This document shows positions 62,053 to 64,000 of a DNA stretch of 64,000 nt, in pieces. Under the pieces are notes generated by a model. That model was not told the origin of the DNA and ran no database searches. It worked only from the letters and a program-made list of their open reading frames with translations. Every line of letters begins with the position of its first letter. Position 1 is the stretch's first letter. Source of the stretch: an uncultured bacterium. GTDB taxonomy: Bacteria > Oederibacteriota > JAAXVQ01 > JAUVAV01. The translations under genes were made by a program, and so were the position numbers. The stretch spans positions 64,001 through 128,000 of the forward strand of contig CAVQBK010000013.1 in NCBI GenBank assembly GCA_963710755.1, written 5' to 3'.

Positions 62053-62814
62053 ATGGACTTGCAATTAAAGGATAAGACCGTTCTTATTACCGGTGCTGCC
62101 AATGGCATTGGACGCGCCACTGCCCAAGCTTTTGGCCGGGAAGGCTGCCGGGTAGTGGTCGTGGACATGGACAGCCAAGGTGGTCAAGAAACCGCCAGGC
62201 TAATCCAGCAGGCCAAGGGAGAGTCCCAGTTCAAACAAGTGGATGTTTGTTCAAGCCAGGAGTTTAAAAACGCCGTGGACTTCACCCTGGAAAATTATGG
62301 TGCCTTGGATGTTTTGGTTAATAATGCCGGTATCGAAGGCGACCAGGCACCTCTCGATCAAAGTACCGAAGCCAATTGGGACAGGGTAATCACCACTAAT
62401 CTCAAGAGTGTTTGGCGGGGCATGAAATTGGTTATTCCTCACATGGTTAAGCAAGGTGGCGGGGCCATTGTCAATGTAGCTTCCGTGGCTGGTTTGGTGG
62501 GATTCACAGGCCTTTCAGCCTATAATGCCTCCAAAGCAGGGATCATCCTGCTGACCAAGACCGTGGCCTTGGAGAACGCCACCATCCCTATTCGTGTTAA
62601 TGCCGTTTGCCCGGGCGTCATCAAAACGCCCATGGTGGAACGCATGACCAAAGGCGATAAAACTTTGGAAGAACAGTTTTCAGCCATGGAACCGGTGAAG
62701 CGCATGGGACTTCCCGAAGAGATCGCCCAAGCCATCGTCTGGCTCAGCAGCGCGTCCGCAAGTTTTGTCACGGGCCACGCCATGGTAGTGGACGGAGGTC
62801 TGACGGCGCAGTAA
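62053..62814 (+). CDS. Short-chain dehydrogenase/reductase
   Basis: TGAANGIG, NNAG, YNASK, VDGG; AGGAGG RBS. Confidence 0.92.
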   Translation: MDLQLKDKTVLITGAANGIGRATAQAFGREGCRVVVVDMDSQGGQETARLIQQAKGESQFKQVDVCSSQEFKNAVDFTLENYGALDVLVNNAGIEGDQAPLDQSTEANWDRVITTNLKSVWRGMKLVIPHMVKQGGGAIVNVASVAGLVGFTGLSAYNASKAGIILLTKTVALENATIPIRVNAVCPGVIKTPMVERMTKGDKTLEEQFSAMEPVKRMGLPEEIAQAIVWLSSASASFVTGHAMVVDGGLTAQ

Positions 62815-62981
62815 GTTCATCACTCCTGTACCCGCTTACCCATTAGGGCTTTAGTACTTATGAAGCAAGGCCATCCAGGCCCCCATGCTCCGGCTTTGCC
62901 CTGAAAGGTGATATGTCTGCACAGCTCTTGAATCGGACGCAAAAAAGCTTTTAAAATTAAAACCACACCTCATTGCTCCCT

Positions 62982-63008
62982 TCAGCACCATTCTACCCCA
63001 TCCGATAA
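62982..63008 (+). promoter_or_regulatory. Sigma-28-like promoter
   Basis: TCAG-N15-TCCGATAA, boxes identical to those upstream of paralogue 2. Confidence 0.55.
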
Positions 63009-63054
63009 TAGCATTGGCTGTTGCGCCCAAAGACAACGTCCTTTTCCGAGGCAA

Positions 63055-64000
63055 ATGATGGATACTGAAAACCCTATTCAAGAGAACGTATTTTATTATA
63101 ATATTGACATTTCCGGCACCTGCAATCTGCGCTGTCCTTCCTGCCCACGCGGCAATGAACAACAACATCGACACGGCTTTATGGATATAACCTTGTATGA
63201 ATCCATTCTGAAAAAAATCCGTCTTGAAACCACGGCCAAGACCACACACCTGTTTTTGTTCAATTGGGGCGAGCCCACACTCCATCCTCAGCTTCCCAAA
63301 ATGATCGACATGGCTAACCACTACGGATTGCCGCCTTTTATTTCCACTAATTTAGTCCGACCTCTTAATTTAAAATCTATAATTAATGCGCAACCACGGG
63401 CTATTCGCATCTCCCTTTCCGGCATGACGCCGGAAATCTACAACCAGACCCACGTCAATGGCAATCTCTGGCTTTTAAAATCCAATCTATATCAGCTCAA
63501 GGCCCTGATGGAACAACAACCAGCATCCTTTGATGTAGAACTGTGTTATCTTAAGTACAATCATAACATGGGCGCTGATTATCTTCAGGCCAAGGCTTTG
63601 GCCAAAGAGTTGGGTTTTGGCTTCGTGGAGGCTTGGGCTTTTATAATGCCCCTGGAAAAATTATTAAGCTATTACGAGGGTGAAACTGCGCCCGTACAGG
63701 AGCTGGTAGACCGTTTGGTGATTAAACCGGAAGAATTCAAGGAAATCAGCGGCATGATCAAAGATCAGCATACGGACTGTATGTTCCGTGCCCAGCAAAC
63801 AATTATCGATTTTGACGGCAGTGTGCCCCTATGCTGTGCCGTTTATTCGCCTAAAAATTTTATCCATCCCAATTTTCTGGCCGTTACCCAACATGAATTG
63901 CAGGAACTCAAATACAACCATGATCTCTGCCGGCAGTGCATGGCCCACCACGCTCATATCAGTTATGCCTATGGCGCCTCGGAACAATTGGATGCCCTGG
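63055..64000 (+). CDS. Radical SAM protein with SPASM/twitch-like C-terminus (runs off the window)
   Basis: Absent from ORF track; MMDTENP...CNLRCPSC, NWGEP.LH, later C...DG.V.LCC...C..C. Confidence 0.88.
   Translation, partial: MMDTENPIQENVFYYNIDISGTCNLRCPSCPRGNEQQHRHGFMDITLYESILKKIRLETTAKTTHLFLFNWGEPTLHPQLPKMIDMANHYGLPPFISTNLVRPLNLKSIINAQPRAIRISLSGMTPEIYNQTHVNGNLWLLKSNLYQLKALMEQQPASFDVELCYLKYNHNMGADYLQAKALAKELGFGFVEAWAFIMPLEKLLSYYEGETAPVQELVDRLVIKPEEFKEISGMIKDQHTDCMFRAQQTIIDFDGSVPLCCAVYSPKNFIHPNFLAVTQHELQELKYNHDLCRQCMAHHAHISYAYGASEQLDAL

Noticed and set aside
62851-63321. 156-aa minus-strand ORF
   Set aside because: Overlaps the radical SAM gene and its promoter on the plus strand; no motifs

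Overview
Gene-dense bacterial chromosomal region of a diderm, probably anaerobic organism (TolC, beta-barrel, LolA-like, 2-oxoacid:ferredoxin oxidoreductase, superoxide reductase). I recognised no rRNA, tRNA, CRISPR array, prophage or intact transposase. It contains three large secreted beta-propeller proteins that share a Thr/Pro linker and a T9SS-like/FlgD-Ig C-terminal domain, a type III PKS cluster, a LolA-like/ABC/porin cassette and an MNT-HEPN pair with a frameshifted HEPN gene. It also has a lytic transglycosylase, several efflux systems, PolX, DeaD and an fbaB-PMM/PGM-P3A H+-ATPase run. The strongest unexplained signal is four ~190-aa paralogues of an uncharacterised DUF2378/V4R-like family around a B12 radical SAM gene. 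Each is preceded by its own sigma-28-like promoter with a 15-bp spacer, and the same motif precedes the radical SAM gene at the right edge. A family of four ~86-100 bp palindromic intergenic elements is also present. All family calls come from motif recognition by eye, not database searches.
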